DNA from: an uncultured delta proteobacterium | Lineage (GTDB): Bacteria; Myxococcota_A; Polyangia; Polyangiales; Polyangiaceae | NCBI GenBank assembly: GCA_963850305.1 | Contig: CAWKKR010000008.1 | Location: forward strand, 736,001-800,000 | DNA: 64,000 nt | Direction: 5' to 3' | Part shown: positions 22,301 through 31,439 of the stretch, piece by piece | Position numbering within the stretch: position 1 is the first letter of the stretch | Layout of the letters: each line of letters opens with the position of its first letter | Translations under genes and position numbers: made by a program | Notes under the pieces: model-generated | What the model was told of the DNA's origin: nothing | Databases searched by the model: none | Seen by the model: only the letters and a program-made list of their open reading frames with translations

Positions 22301-23980
22301 TCATTCGTGGTGCGGTCGTAAATCGACCCACACGATCGGCACGCCGTCGTTCGCGCCGATCTTGCTGGGACTCACGGTGCCGTAGTCGACCCAGATCTGG
22401 TATTCGACGCGCGCCATGTGCTGTTCGTCGTGGAGGAGCGCGACGTCCGTGGAGCTGAGGTTCAGGGAGCCGACGAGATCCGCGCGAAGGCGGCCATCGC
22501 GTTGCATCCGGTTCCAGCTATCCATCGCCGTATCGTGGATGTAGACCGAGGCGCCCACGGGTGCGCGCGCATTGATGAAGCCTTGCACCGCTCCCGTCGT
22601 GTACCCCCAGAACGACCGATTGAGGCCCAGGCTCGCCCCGCCCGGCGTACCGCCGACGATGGGCATGTAGGCGCTGAGCCCCCAGGGGTGGGCGTGCAAG
22701 GTCATCACGATGGGCCCCACGAGCACCGAAACCGCGAGCGCCAGCTCCGTGACTCGCCGCTTCCACTCGCGCGAAGCCCAGAGCGAGACGAGCTTCTGTC
22801 GCGTCCACTCGAAGCCCGTGCCGGCGAAGAGGCACATGAACGGGTACGCCGTGATCCAGTGCTTCGTGCCACCGAAGATGGGCGTCTCGGCCGATAGCCA
22901 GGGGGCATAGCTCGTGAAGAGACAGAGAATCCAGAGAGTGCGCGTCGAGAACAGCTGCTTCGCCGCGCGCCGCTCGCGGAAGGACAGGGCACGGATGCGA
23001 CGCAGAAACGGGAGCTCGAGCGCGCTCTTTCCGAGACCGAGGGCGAAGAGCAAGAGCGTGATCGTCGGCACCGTCGCCACCGTCATGACCCATGCGTAGA
23101 GTCGCGGCATGGGCGGCCGGAAGTACGTCACCCCCAGAAACTCCATGTTGTAGTATTCGTGGTTGAGGTGGAACGCGACGTAGTCGGCGAGCCGCTGGCC
23201 CGTGTCCGACCAGATCCACGGCCACCCCAGGTAGAACACGACGGGGCCGAGACTCACCATCGTGAACAGGGCGAGCGGCGCGCGTGTGCGGCCTGCTCGG
23301 AGATCGCGCAGAAGGCCTCGAGGCCCGCGCGTGATGATGAAGTGCACGACCAGCGCGAATGGTAGCAGCCAGGCGTTGTGCTTCGTGTCGAGCTCGAGAC
23401 CGTAGAGAACTCCCGTCAGCAGAGCCCACGGGAGCCCCCCGCCGTCGATGCTCCGGTAGTAGGCGTACGTGGTGACGAGCCACATCGTCATCACGGCGAC
23501 GTCGAAACACGCCAGATGCGAGTGGTAGAACATCGCGGGCTGCATCGCGAGGAGCACCGCGGCAACGAAGCCTGCGAGCCGACCGATGGTGCGACGCCCC
23601 CACAGATAGACGGTCGCGACGCCGACGCTCGATAGCACCATGCCGGGGAACCGAAACGCGGTACCCGCTTCCCGGAACACCTGATGATCGACGTGCAGGT
23701 ACTTGTACGAAAGCGCGAAGAGTGACTTCACGAACGCGGGATGTTCGTGATTGTCGCGCCAGTATCGGTCGACGAAGCTCGGCTCGAGCGCGGTCGCCGG
23801 GTGCTGGAAGAGCGTGTCGAACCAGTGCTTGTAGTCGAACGCAGCGTGGAAATAGAACCCCTCGTCTCGCGCGTATCCGAGATTGGACACGGTGTGGAGC
23901 AACAGCGCGACGTAGCCTGCCGCCAGCGCGAATGCGATCAGGGGGTCGACCAGCGACCGGAGAAAGCGAAACCGGGTCAT
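22301..23980 (-). CDS. GT-C fold glycosyltransferase (ArnT/PMT-like)
   Basis: GYARDEGFY, NHEHPAFVK, AFRFPG, multiple TM helices; ATG 23980 coupled to the upstream stop. Confidence 0.8.
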   Translation of the reverse strand: MTRFRFLRSLVDPLIAFALAAGYVALLLHTVSNLGYARDEGFYFHAAFDYKHWFDTLFQHPATALEPSFVDRYWRDNHEHPAFVKSLFALSYKYLHVDHQVFREAGTAFRFPGMVLSSVGVATVYLWGRRTIGRLAGFVAAVLLAMQPAMFYHSHLACFDVAVMTMWLVTTYAYYRSIDGGGLPWALLTGVLYGLELDTKHNAWLLPFALVVHFIITRGPRGLLRDLRAGRTRAPLALFTMVSLGPVVFYLGWPWIWSDTGQRLADYVAFHLNHEYYNMEFLGVTYFRPPMPRLYAWVMTVATVPTITLLLFALGLGKSALELPFLRRIRALSFRERRAAKQLFSTRTLWILCLFTSYAPWLSAETPIFGGTKHWITAYPFMCLFAGTGFEWTRQKLVSLWASREWKRRVTELALAVSVLVGPIVMTLHAHPWGLSAYMPIVGGTPGGASLGLNRSFWGYTTGAVQGFINARAPVGASVYIHDTAMDSWNRMQRDGRLRADLVGSLNLSSTDVALLHDEQHMARVEYQIWVDYGTVSPSKIGANDGVPIVWVDLRPHHE

Positions 23981-24891
23981 CGCGTATCCGCCTGAAAGCA
24001 GAACTCCCGATCGAACGCGCGCCTGGAGGCGATCCGGAACTCGACGCTGGTTCGGGTACCGGCGGAGGCTCCGACCGGCATCTCGAACGGTTTCCAACCG
24101 TCTCCGTCGCGGTGGATGTAGCGGCCAATCTCGCGGCCTCCCACGAGAATCGTCATGTCGACCGGCGCGCCGCGTTCTTCGCGCTCGACCCACCAAGGCA
24201 GGGTGGCGTAGCCGCGGACGACCTTGCCGACCGGAACGCCATCGAACCGCACGGACAATGCCGCGCCCGACGTGGGCTCCGCCCAGATGCATCGCCGGCC
24301 GCGCCACTTCTCATCCTCGACGACGGTCACGCCGACGAAGTGAGACTCGGCGCCCGGGCACTCGAACCGCTCGGCGGGAAACGCCGGATTGCCCAGCAAG
24401 CCGCCGGCGTCCCGTCTCGCGTGGGGATTCCACCTGCAAGGGACGGCTCGCCCACTGCGCTCGTCTGCGACGGTGGCGTCCGCGAGATGATCGACGAAGT
24501 CGTAGGCGACGTGCGCAGGCGCCGGATTCGCGAACACTCTCAGTCGAAATTTTCCGACGCGTTGCTCTCGCAACAACTTCCAGCCGGCCAGCTCCGGGGC
24601 CGACCCGCCGATGATGCTGACCTCGATCGCGCGAGCCTTCGCGGTGTCATCGGCACGAGCCACGTCGGCGAGCGGCATCAGGGCGTCACCGAAGGCATAC
24701 CGCGCATTTGGCTCAGCCCACTCGGGCGCGACCACCACGACCTCGTCGTGGGTACGCAAGGCGGCGACCGCACCCTTGACCCCGAGCCAATCTTCGGGTT
24801 TCGGGGGCCGCGAGGAGAAGTAGAAGTGACCCCCGAGCTCCAACAGTCCGACCGCCGGCACGACGAGCCACAGGAGCGCCTTCGGAACCAT
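23977..24891 (-). CDS. Membrane-anchored periplasmic hypothetical protein in the glycosylation cluster
   Basis: N-terminal TM (LLWLVVPAVGLL), RRCIWAEP, beta-rich C-terminal region; coupled to the GT-C gene. Confidence 0.6.
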   Translation of the reverse strand: MVPKALLWLVVPAVGLLELGGHFYFSSRPPKPEDWLGVKGAVAALRTHDEVVVVAPEWAEPNARYAFGDALMPLADVARADDTAKARAIEVSIIGGSAPELAGWKLLREQRVGKFRLRVFANPAPAHVAYDFVDHLADATVADERSGRAVPCRWNPHARRDAGGLLGNPAFPAERFECPGAESHFVGVTVVEDEKWRGRRCIWAEPTSGAALSVRFDGVPVGKVVRGYATLPWWVEREERGAPVDMTILVGGREIGRYIHRDGDGWKPFEMPVGASAGTRTSVEFRIASRRAFDREFCFQADTR

Positions 24892-24970
24892 CGGCCGAGC
24901 AGAGCCTAGGATCAAAGACGCCTGCGTTCGAGTCGATTTCGGCGGGAAGACGGCGTTATAAAGAGAAAGG

Positions 24971-26590
24971 ATGCCGGACGTGCCGCGCCCGGAACCGGCC
25001 ACCAACCCGTTCCATGCGACCAGGGAGACGCAGCTTGCGCTGCTCCTGGCGGTGACACTCGCCGCCGGCGCCTACGTCATCGTTTATCCGTTCACGCTCG
25101 TCCGGTATCCGCCGATCACCGATCTGCCGTTCCACGCGTCGGAGATGTCCATCCTCCGACATTACTTCGATCCGAAGTTTCATTTCCGCGAGCAGTTCTC
25201 GCTGCACCCGCTCGAGGTGCCGTACCTCTCGATGTACGTGATCGGAGCGCTCTTCGCGCTGGTGGTGCCGATCTCCGTCGCGACGAAGCTGATGGCCATC
25301 GCGATGCTCGCACTCGTGCCGGTGGGTCTCGCGGTGCTCTTCTACGGCATGAAGAAGAGTCCGCTGTGGGGGCTGACCGGCCTCGGTTTCATCTGGTGCA
25401 CGGTCACGCAATGGGGGTTCTTGAACTTCATGGGCGCGACCGGGCTCTTCGCGATGAGCATCGGGTTTGCGCTGCTGGTGGCCGACGAGCCGACGAAGCT
25501 GCGCCGCCTCGGGCTGTCGCTCTCGCTCGTGGCCATCTTCTTCACGCACGTGTACCGGTTGCCGTTCGCGCTCGTCGGAGTGCTCGTCGCGGGCGCGCTG
25601 GTGTATCCAGCCACGCGCCGCTTCGCGCCCATCGTGGAGACGCTGTGGCCTGCACTCGCTCTGTTCGTGATCTGGCTCCTGGTACGGCCGCGAGCTCTCG
25701 GTATCGGCATCCACGAGTTCGGCTTTCATCCCGAGCGCGTATCGGAAATCCTCGAGCATCTGTTCGGAGCGTACCTGCCCGTGAACGGTGCCCCGCCGAC
25801 GCCCGAAGGGATCCTCGAGCGCACTCTCGGCGAACGGGTCCTCGGGATGCAGGCGTTCGCGGTGTGCGCAGCGACGCTGCTCTTCTTCGTCGACGGACGG
25901 GCGAAGAACCGATCCCGGCGCGAGCGGCTATGGGCGATCGGCGTCACGGTTCTTCCAGTGCTCTTCGCCGGCGGCCTGTTCCTCGCGTACCTGACGTTAC
26001 CGTTCGAGAGCGGCCTCTGGTTTTACATCTACCCGCGCGAGATGGTCGCGAGCGTCATGTTTCTGGTCGCCGTGGCGCCGGATCTTCCGCGCTCGTTCGT
26101 CGGACGAGGCGCCTTCGCGCTGTTCCTGGCCGCCGCTGCGGTTCCGATGAGTCGGTTCGTGTCGGCCCGTTTTCTGGAGTTCGAAGCGGCCACCGCAGAC
26201 TTCCGAGAGATCGTGGCGGAGGTTCCCGCGGCACCGAAGCTCTTCTATCTCATGTACTGGCTGGGCGACTCGGCGAAGCGCGTTTCTCCGTTCCTGCACC
26301 TGCCGGCATGGATCCAGGCCGAGAAGGGCGGCGCGCTCGATTTCCACTTCGTCCAGTGGCGACACAGTCCAATTCGGTATCGGGTGGGGTCGCCCGACGT
26401 GCCTCCCCCTCTGCCCCAGCGCTTCGAGTGGACCCCTCAATACTTCGATGTGCTCCAGCAGGGATACTGGTTCGACACGTTCCTGGTCCGACACCGCATC
26501 GATCCGCACGAGCTCTTCGATGCGGATCCTGCAATTCACCTGGTGTCGCACCACGGCTCCTGGTGGCTTTATCGCCGGTTCGGGAAATAG
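24971..26590 (+). CDS. Polytopic membrane protein, probable GT-C glycosyltransferase
   Basis: YPPITDLPFH first-loop motif, WGFLNF, about 11 TM helices, periplasmic C-terminal domain. Confidence 0.65.
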   Translation: MPDVPRPEPATNPFHATRETQLALLLAVTLAAGAYVIVYPFTLVRYPPITDLPFHASEMSILRHYFDPKFHFREQFSLHPLEVPYLSMYVIGALFALVVPISVATKLMAIAMLALVPVGLAVLFYGMKKSPLWGLTGLGFIWCTVTQWGFLNFMGATGLFAMSIGFALLVADEPTKLRRLGLSLSLVAIFFTHVYRLPFALVGVLVAGALVYPATRRFAPIVETLWPALALFVIWLLVRPRALGIGIHEFGFHPERVSEILEHLFGAYLPVNGAPPTPEGILERTLGERVLGMQAFAVCAATLLFFVDGRAKNRSRRERLWAIGVTVLPVLFAGGLFLAYLTLPFESGLWFYIYPREMVASVMFLVAVAPDLPRSFVGRGAFALFLAAAAVPMSRFVSARFLEFEAATADFREIVAEVPAAPKLFYLMYWLGDSAKRVSPFLHLPAWIQAEKGGALDFHFVQWRHSPIRYRVGSPDVPPPLPQRFEWTPQYFDVLQQGYWFDTFLVRHRIDPHELFDADPAIHLVSHHGSWWLYRRFGK

Positions 26591-26737
26591 GGCCCCCGAG
26601 CCGGTCGGTCCAGGTCGAACCCCCCGCTTCTCGCTCTCCAGGCGGCGAATGTTTCATGGCCGTGAGCGTTCATTCCACTTCTGAACGCTGGGTTTGGGAC
26701 CTACCGGCTAACTGCGCCAACCCGCGCGGGCCGGGGC

Positions 26738-26753
26738 TGGTACGCCCCGTGCA
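26738..26753 (+). promoter_or_regulatory. sigma54 (-24/-12) promoter
   Basis: TGGTACG-CCCC-GTGCA versus consensus TGGCACG-N4-TTGCA; GG and GC exactly 10 nt apart. Confidence 0.6.
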
Positions 26754-26763
26754 GTAATCCCGC

Positions 26764-27011
26764 GCAAGAGTGCCGCGGTCCAATCGAGGATCGTCGCTCG
26801 AAAGCAAGTCATAGCGACTCGATACGTCCCCCCCTCCGTGCGGGTCGCTATGCAATTCTAGTCATACCGGTTCGACACGTCCCCCCCCTCCGTGCGGACC
26901 GGTATGCATTTATTCCCACAGCGCGGTCAGCCACCCCCTCCCCGGCGGACCGCGCTGTGAACTCGTCGAGAGACTGAACCCGACGGCCCCTCGCGGATCG
27001 GGCGGTTTTTT
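26764..27011 (+). ncRNA. Putative small RNA with three C-rich-loop hairpins
   Basis: Stems CATAGCGAC/GTCGCTATG (26810-26852), CATACCGGT/ACCGGTATG (26863-26906) and CACAGCGCGGTC/GACCGCGCTGTG (26917-26959), each with a CCCCTCC loop; promoter upstream and terminator downstream; no credible ORF. Confidence 0.65.
26977..27011 (+). terminator. Probable intrinsic terminator
   Basis: CCCGA...TCGGG stem followed by CGG and T6. Confidence 0.5.
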
Positions 27012-27133
27012 GGTGTCTGACCCGCCGTCCCGCGTGCTTTCGCGCGGCGAGGGCGATAGGTTCGCGGGCCCCCGATGAACCTAGTGAACGCCGCAGCGAC
27101 CCCCGCCGTCGGGCGAGCAGGCGTTTCTCCTCC

Positions 27134-27865
27134 ATGAGCGGAGTGGGGACACGGGCCCTGATCGTCACGCCGACCTACAACGAGCGCGACAACCTCCGCA
27201 CCTTCGTGGATGCGGTCTTCCGTCACGCTCCGGCGGCCCGGATTCTCGTCGTGGACGACGCGTCCCCGGACGGCACGGGGGCCCTCGCGGACGAGCTGGC
27301 CAGACGGGAATCGCGGCTCGCGGTGATGCATCGTCCGCGAAAACTCGGCCTGGGGACCGCCTACGTCGATGCCTTTCGACGAGGACTCTCGGACGACTAC
27401 GACTTCTTCTTCGAGATGGACACGGATCTCTCACACGATCCCAGATACCTTCCGGCATTTTTCGCGGCGCTCGAGAGAGGCGCAGACGTGGCCGTCGGCT
27501 CTCGGAACGTCGCGGGTGGCGGCGTCGAAGGATGGGGAATCGGGCGGCACGCGCTGTCGAAGGGCGGCTCGCTCTACTCACGCGTCGTCCTCGGGGTCGG
27601 AGTTCGGGATCTGACGACGGGGTACAAGGCGTTCACACGTCGAGCGCTGCAGGCCATCGAGCTCGAGCGCGTGCACTCGAGCGGCTACTCCTTCCAGATC
27701 GAAATGACCTTTCGGGCCTTGCGAGCCGGACTCCGCATCGAGGAGGTGCCGATCGTCTTCGTCGACCGGCGCGCCGGGCAGAGCAAGATGGACCGCCGCA
27801 TTTTCATGGAAGCCATCGGCGTCGTCTGGAAGCTGAAGTGGGCCGCGATGCGCGGCGCCGTGTGA
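27134..27865 (+). CDS. Polyprenol-phosphate mannose synthase (GT2, Ppm1/Dpm1-like)
   Basis: PTYNERDN, VVDDASPDGT, KLGLGTAY, EMDTDLSHDP, GYSFQIE, FVDRRAGQSKM. Confidence 0.88.
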   Translation: MSGVGTRALIVTPTYNERDNLRTFVDAVFRHAPAARILVVDDASPDGTGALADELARRESRLAVMHRPRKLGLGTAYVDAFRRGLSDDYDFFFEMDTDLSHDPRYLPAFFAALERGADVAVGSRNVAGGGVEGWGIGRHALSKGGSLYSRVVLGVGVRDLTTGYKAFTRRALQAIELERVHSSGYSFQIEMTFRALRAGLRIEEVPIVFVDRRAGQSKMDRRIFMEAIGVVWKLKWAAMRGAV

Positions 27866-27964
27866 ACTGGGTCGGCGCCAAGCGGTCGAGCGCGGCGACG
27901 ATCGGCACCGGAGATCGGATCGGCTGCTGGAGTCGACCCGGACGAGCTCCGGGCTCGGCACCGG

Positions 27965-29602
27965 TCAGCGCCGCACGTACACGTCCATATCGTCCACACT
28001 CCGGGCGAACCGATACTTCCTCAGGACCATGTCGTAGAGCGGGGGGAACGTCCTGAGCGCAGCGTGCGAATCGAGATCGTCGCCAGTGACGAAACTGAAA
28101 ACGTCGTTGTGTTGCACGACCAGGACGGCAGGCCGCGTTCGGCGAAGATCGGAGAGGAGTTCGGCGCGTGCATGCGCGCGTTGCCACGGCGCCCGCTGGG
28201 GAACGCTGTAGAGATAGCGCGAGGCAAGGGCTCGCCCCGAAAACCAGTAGATGGCCGGCTCGAATCCCCACACGAAGATCGAGTCCGTGGACTGCGTCAG
28301 CCCGTCCACGGCCCGCGCCGTGCGGCGATCGGTATCGAGGGCGTAGTCGACCACGTGATAAAGCTCGGCGTCGAGGGCCTCGCGCGAGGGGCTCCGCGTG
28401 ACGAGAAATCGCATGCGGTCCGCGCTGCGTTCCCAGAACGTGCCCGGGTTCTGACGGAGCGCGACGCGTGACGCAGCGAGCACGATGACGACCGTCGCAA
28501 AGGCCGCGGGTCCGACCATCGGCGCGCGCGTCGAGAAGCGCCACGCCTTGTAAAGACCGAGGCCTGCGACGAACGAGAGGAGCGGCAGCGTCGCGCCGTA
28601 ATGGTATTGAAAGAACTTCGCCTGAAGCGCGATGCCGATCACGTGAATGGTGACGATGCCCAGTATGAGAGCGAACCCCTCCCACTGTCGCGCCGCTCGC
28701 GGCGGAAGAGCGACCGCGCAGGCGAGCGCGACCGGCAACAGGTACGAGAACCCCGTCAGCGCTTCGACGAATCCGTAACGGAAGAGCGAAAGCGGCGCGC
28801 CATGCCAGCCGAGCGCCGTGTATCCCGGCGCGAATTCGAACAGCGTCCAGCGGAGTTCGGGCCACGCGCCGCGGAGCCAGAACCAAGCCGCGCACCCCGC
28901 CAGGGGGACGAAGCTCGCGACCGCCATCGTCAGGATCGGGACAGTCGCGGTCCACGCGCGTCGTGACCGGCCCAGCTCCTTCCACGCCACGTAAAGGGAG
29001 CAAGCAACCGCGCCGCCGCCGAGCGGCGGCTTGAAGAGAAACGCGGCGCCGAAGAGGAGCCCCGTGGCAATCCACGCAAGGGCTCGACGGCGACGGGTCG
29101 CGGCGTCGACGGCGGCTCCTGTCGTCAATACGAGCGCGAAGACCGTCAGCATGCCGCCGAACGATTCCGGCTGGGCGGTGTGCCAGAACTCGAGCTCGGC
29201 GTGGATGAGAGTCGCGAGCGCGCCGCCAAGGAGCCCGGCCGTCGGCGAGTCGAACAACGAGCGACCGAGTCTTCGAAATGCAACGACGACGGCGAGAAGC
29301 CCGGCGACTTCCACGATCCGGACGGACACCATGGCCTTCCCGAACAAGGCCTGGGCCGCCGCGTAGACGAAGAAGATGCCGGGGGGTTTGAAATCCCACG
29401 CATCGAGATACGGCATCTTCCCGGCGAGGATTGCGTCCCCGACCACCGCGTAGATCCCTTGATCGCGACCATAGCCGAACAGCAGCACCTGCAGGCATGC
29501 CAGCAGGACGACGACCCAAGCGGCGCGCGCGAGCCAGACGTCGGAAGGTGTCTTCACGACGCCGTCGGTCGCCATGGGTTCCGAGCGAACTACGGCCGCC
29601 AT
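27965..29602 (-). CDS. GT-C fold membrane glycosyltransferase
   Basis: GRDQGIY...GKMPYLDAWDFKPPGIF, AQPESF, many TM helices. Confidence 0.78.
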   Translation of the reverse strand: MAAVVRSEPMATDGVVKTPSDVWLARAAWVVVLLACLQVLLFGYGRDQGIYAVVGDAILAGKMPYLDAWDFKPPGIFFVYAAAQALFGKAMVSVRIVEVAGLLAVVVAFRRLGRSLFDSPTAGLLGGALATLIHAELEFWHTAQPESFGGMLTVFALVLTTGAAVDAATRRRRALAWIATGLLFGAAFLFKPPLGGGAVACSLYVAWKELGRSRRAWTATVPILTMAVASFVPLAGCAAWFWLRGAWPELRWTLFEFAPGYTALGWHGAPLSLFRYGFVEALTGFSYLLPVALACAVALPPRAARQWEGFALILGIVTIHVIGIALQAKFFQYHYGATLPLLSFVAGLGLYKAWRFSTRAPMVGPAAFATVVIVLAASRVALRQNPGTFWERSADRMRFLVTRSPSREALDAELYHVVDYALDTDRRTARAVDGLTQSTDSIFVWGFEPAIYWFSGRALASRYLYSVPQRAPWQRAHARAELLSDLRRTRPAVLVVQHNDVFSFVTGDDLDSHAALRTFPPLYDMVLRKYRFARSVDDMDVYVRR

Positions 29603-29705
29603 CCCCGTGTGGCTGTGCGGGCGCGCGCTCGAGTCGAGCTGACGCCTCTGCTCGAGCTCCGGTCGCCGCGATGATTTTCCGACATCGGCTCGACCGAGCT
29701 TCGCT

Positions 29706-30188
29706 TCAATCTGCTTCCAGCTGATCGACCAGGGCGGAGAGAACCTCTCGCGCAATCGTCAAGCGACGGGCTGGCTGCGACGAGAGCATCCGGACCACGG
29801 CCGCCTCCACCGTTCCGGCTCGGCTCCTGTCCAGGACGGAGCCTCGCGCCGTCAGGTGGAACGAGGTCCGACGCGCGTCGGCGCGATCCTTGTTACGAAC
29901 GAGAAGCCCGCGCGAGACCAGCCGTCCGAGCACCCCGGTGAGGGTGCTGGGATGGACGTGCAGGGCGGTCGACAGTTCGCCCGCCGAGATCCCTGGCGTC
30001 CTTCCCACCAGCCGCAGGACGAGACGCTGCGGTCCCGTGACACCGAGACGGCGAGTCATCGCCTTCGAAGTCGAGCGAAGGGCGTGATCGACCGCCCAGA
30101 CGGCCCGCATGAAGTCCAGAGCCGCACCGAAATCCGTCCCCCTGGAGCGCGCTCCTCTTCGTGCTTTTGGCGAGGCGTCTTTTTTCAC
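29706..30188 (-). CDS. MarR family transcriptional regulator
   Basis: LGVTGPQRLVL, PSTLTGVLGRLVSRGLLVR..DRADARR...LTARG. Confidence 0.88.
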   Translation of the reverse strand: MKKDASPKARRGARSRGTDFGAALDFMRAVWAVDHALRSTSKAMTRRLGVTGPQRLVLRLVGRTPGISAGELSTALHVHPSTLTGVLGRLVSRGLLVRNKDRADARRTSFHLTARGSVLDRSRAGTVEAAVVRMLSSQPARRLTIAREVLSALVDQLEAD

Positions 30189-30243
30189 GGAGCATGGCGG
30201 TTTTGCCCGATAACGTCGGCGACGTCGAGCAACAACGGCCAGC

Positions 30244-31260
30244 TCAGGGCAACCAGGCGAGCGAACCGTCGTCGAGCTTCACCGAGTAGGAGCCGCGCGC
30301 GTCGCGCTTCAACGCCACACCGCGCTGCACGAGCGACCCCGAGTCGACCATCACCTGAAGGGACTTTCCCGGCGGGTAGTGATGCGGCAGCACCCATCTC
30401 CAGAACACGCCCTTTCCGGTGTAAGCCGGCTTCAGAGCGTTGAATAACGTCTCCGCGCGCAGATACGCGCCGACGTCGACGAACGTACCGATCCACAGGT
30501 CGTCCGCGGACTTCGCATGCTCGATGATACCCGTCAGGTCTTCCCTCGAGACCCCCTCGTACCAATTCTCGGGCAGGATGCTGTGAAAGCCCATGATCAG
30601 CCACTTCGACTGGCTCTCCGTCTCGTCGATCCAGGCGTCCCAGTCCTTGAGGGTCTGCCCCCGGGACGGCGAGATGAACCGCGCGTCGACCGCGTACCAG
30701 TCGACGCCGGGTGACGCATCCACGAGGCCCCCCGAACCGGCGCGAGCCAGCAGGAACCGCTTCGACGCCACGTCCTTGTAGGCTGGGCTCGTGTCTATGT
30801 AGGGGTAGGCAAATGTATAGACTCTGCGCACGCCGAAATGAGACTCGAGATACGTGCTGCAGCGGTCGATCTCCTGCTCGGCGGGCAGGCACTCCTTGGA
30901 GCCGAGGTCGACCGCGTGGCAATGATCCACCGTGTGGTTTGCAATCTCGTGCCCGTCACGGACGGCTCGACTCCAGGCCGCGTCGTCCCGCCCCACCCTC
31001 AGATTTTTCACGGTCACGAAGAACGTGGCCTTCACTCCCTCGGCGTCGATCGCGGGCAGGACCTGCTCGACGGCCGACGGCGAGCCGTCATCGAACGTCA
31101 GGGTGAACGCCGCCCGGTGCCCGTTCCAGGGTAGGACGCGCAGGTGAGGGCCTCGCGGGAGGACTGACCGGGAAAGTCCCGGGACCCCGGCGTCGACCTG
31201 GCCGGCACTGGTGCCGAGGGCGGCTAGCAGCAGGACAGCCGACACCGTACTTTTCCGCAT
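30244..31260 (-). CDS. Secreted polysaccharide deacetylase (CE4/NodB-like)
   Basis: TLTFDDG, ATFFV, GHEIANHTVDH, FAYPY; signal peptide from ATG 31260. Confidence 0.85.
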   Translation of the reverse strand: MRKSTVSAVLLLAALGTSAGQVDAGVPGLSRSVLPRGPHLRVLPWNGHRAAFTLTFDDGSPSAVEQVLPAIDAEGVKATFFVTVKNLRVGRDDAAWSRAVRDGHEIANHTVDHCHAVDLGSKECLPAEQEIDRCSTYLESHFGVRRVYTFAYPYIDTSPAYKDVASKRFLLARAGSGGLVDASPGVDWYAVDARFISPSRGQTLKDWDAWIDETESQSKWLIMGFHSILPENWYEGVSREDLTGIIEHAKSADDLWIGTFVDVGAYLRAETLFNALKPAYTGKGVFWRWVLPHHYPPGKSLQVMVDSGSLVQRGVALKRDARGSYSVKLDDGSLAWLP

Positions 31261-31439
31261 ATTCCGCTGAACAGACAGGCTCATCGGGACATTCCCCAAA
31301 AAATAACACCGGTACTCCAATTGAGACACCCGGCTACTTTGATGTCAAACGACCGAACGAGTAGCCTAGCATTTGGAGCGTAGTACCATCGACAACACGG
31401 GGCACCGCGGGTCGGTCCCGACGTACGACGACAACCTGT

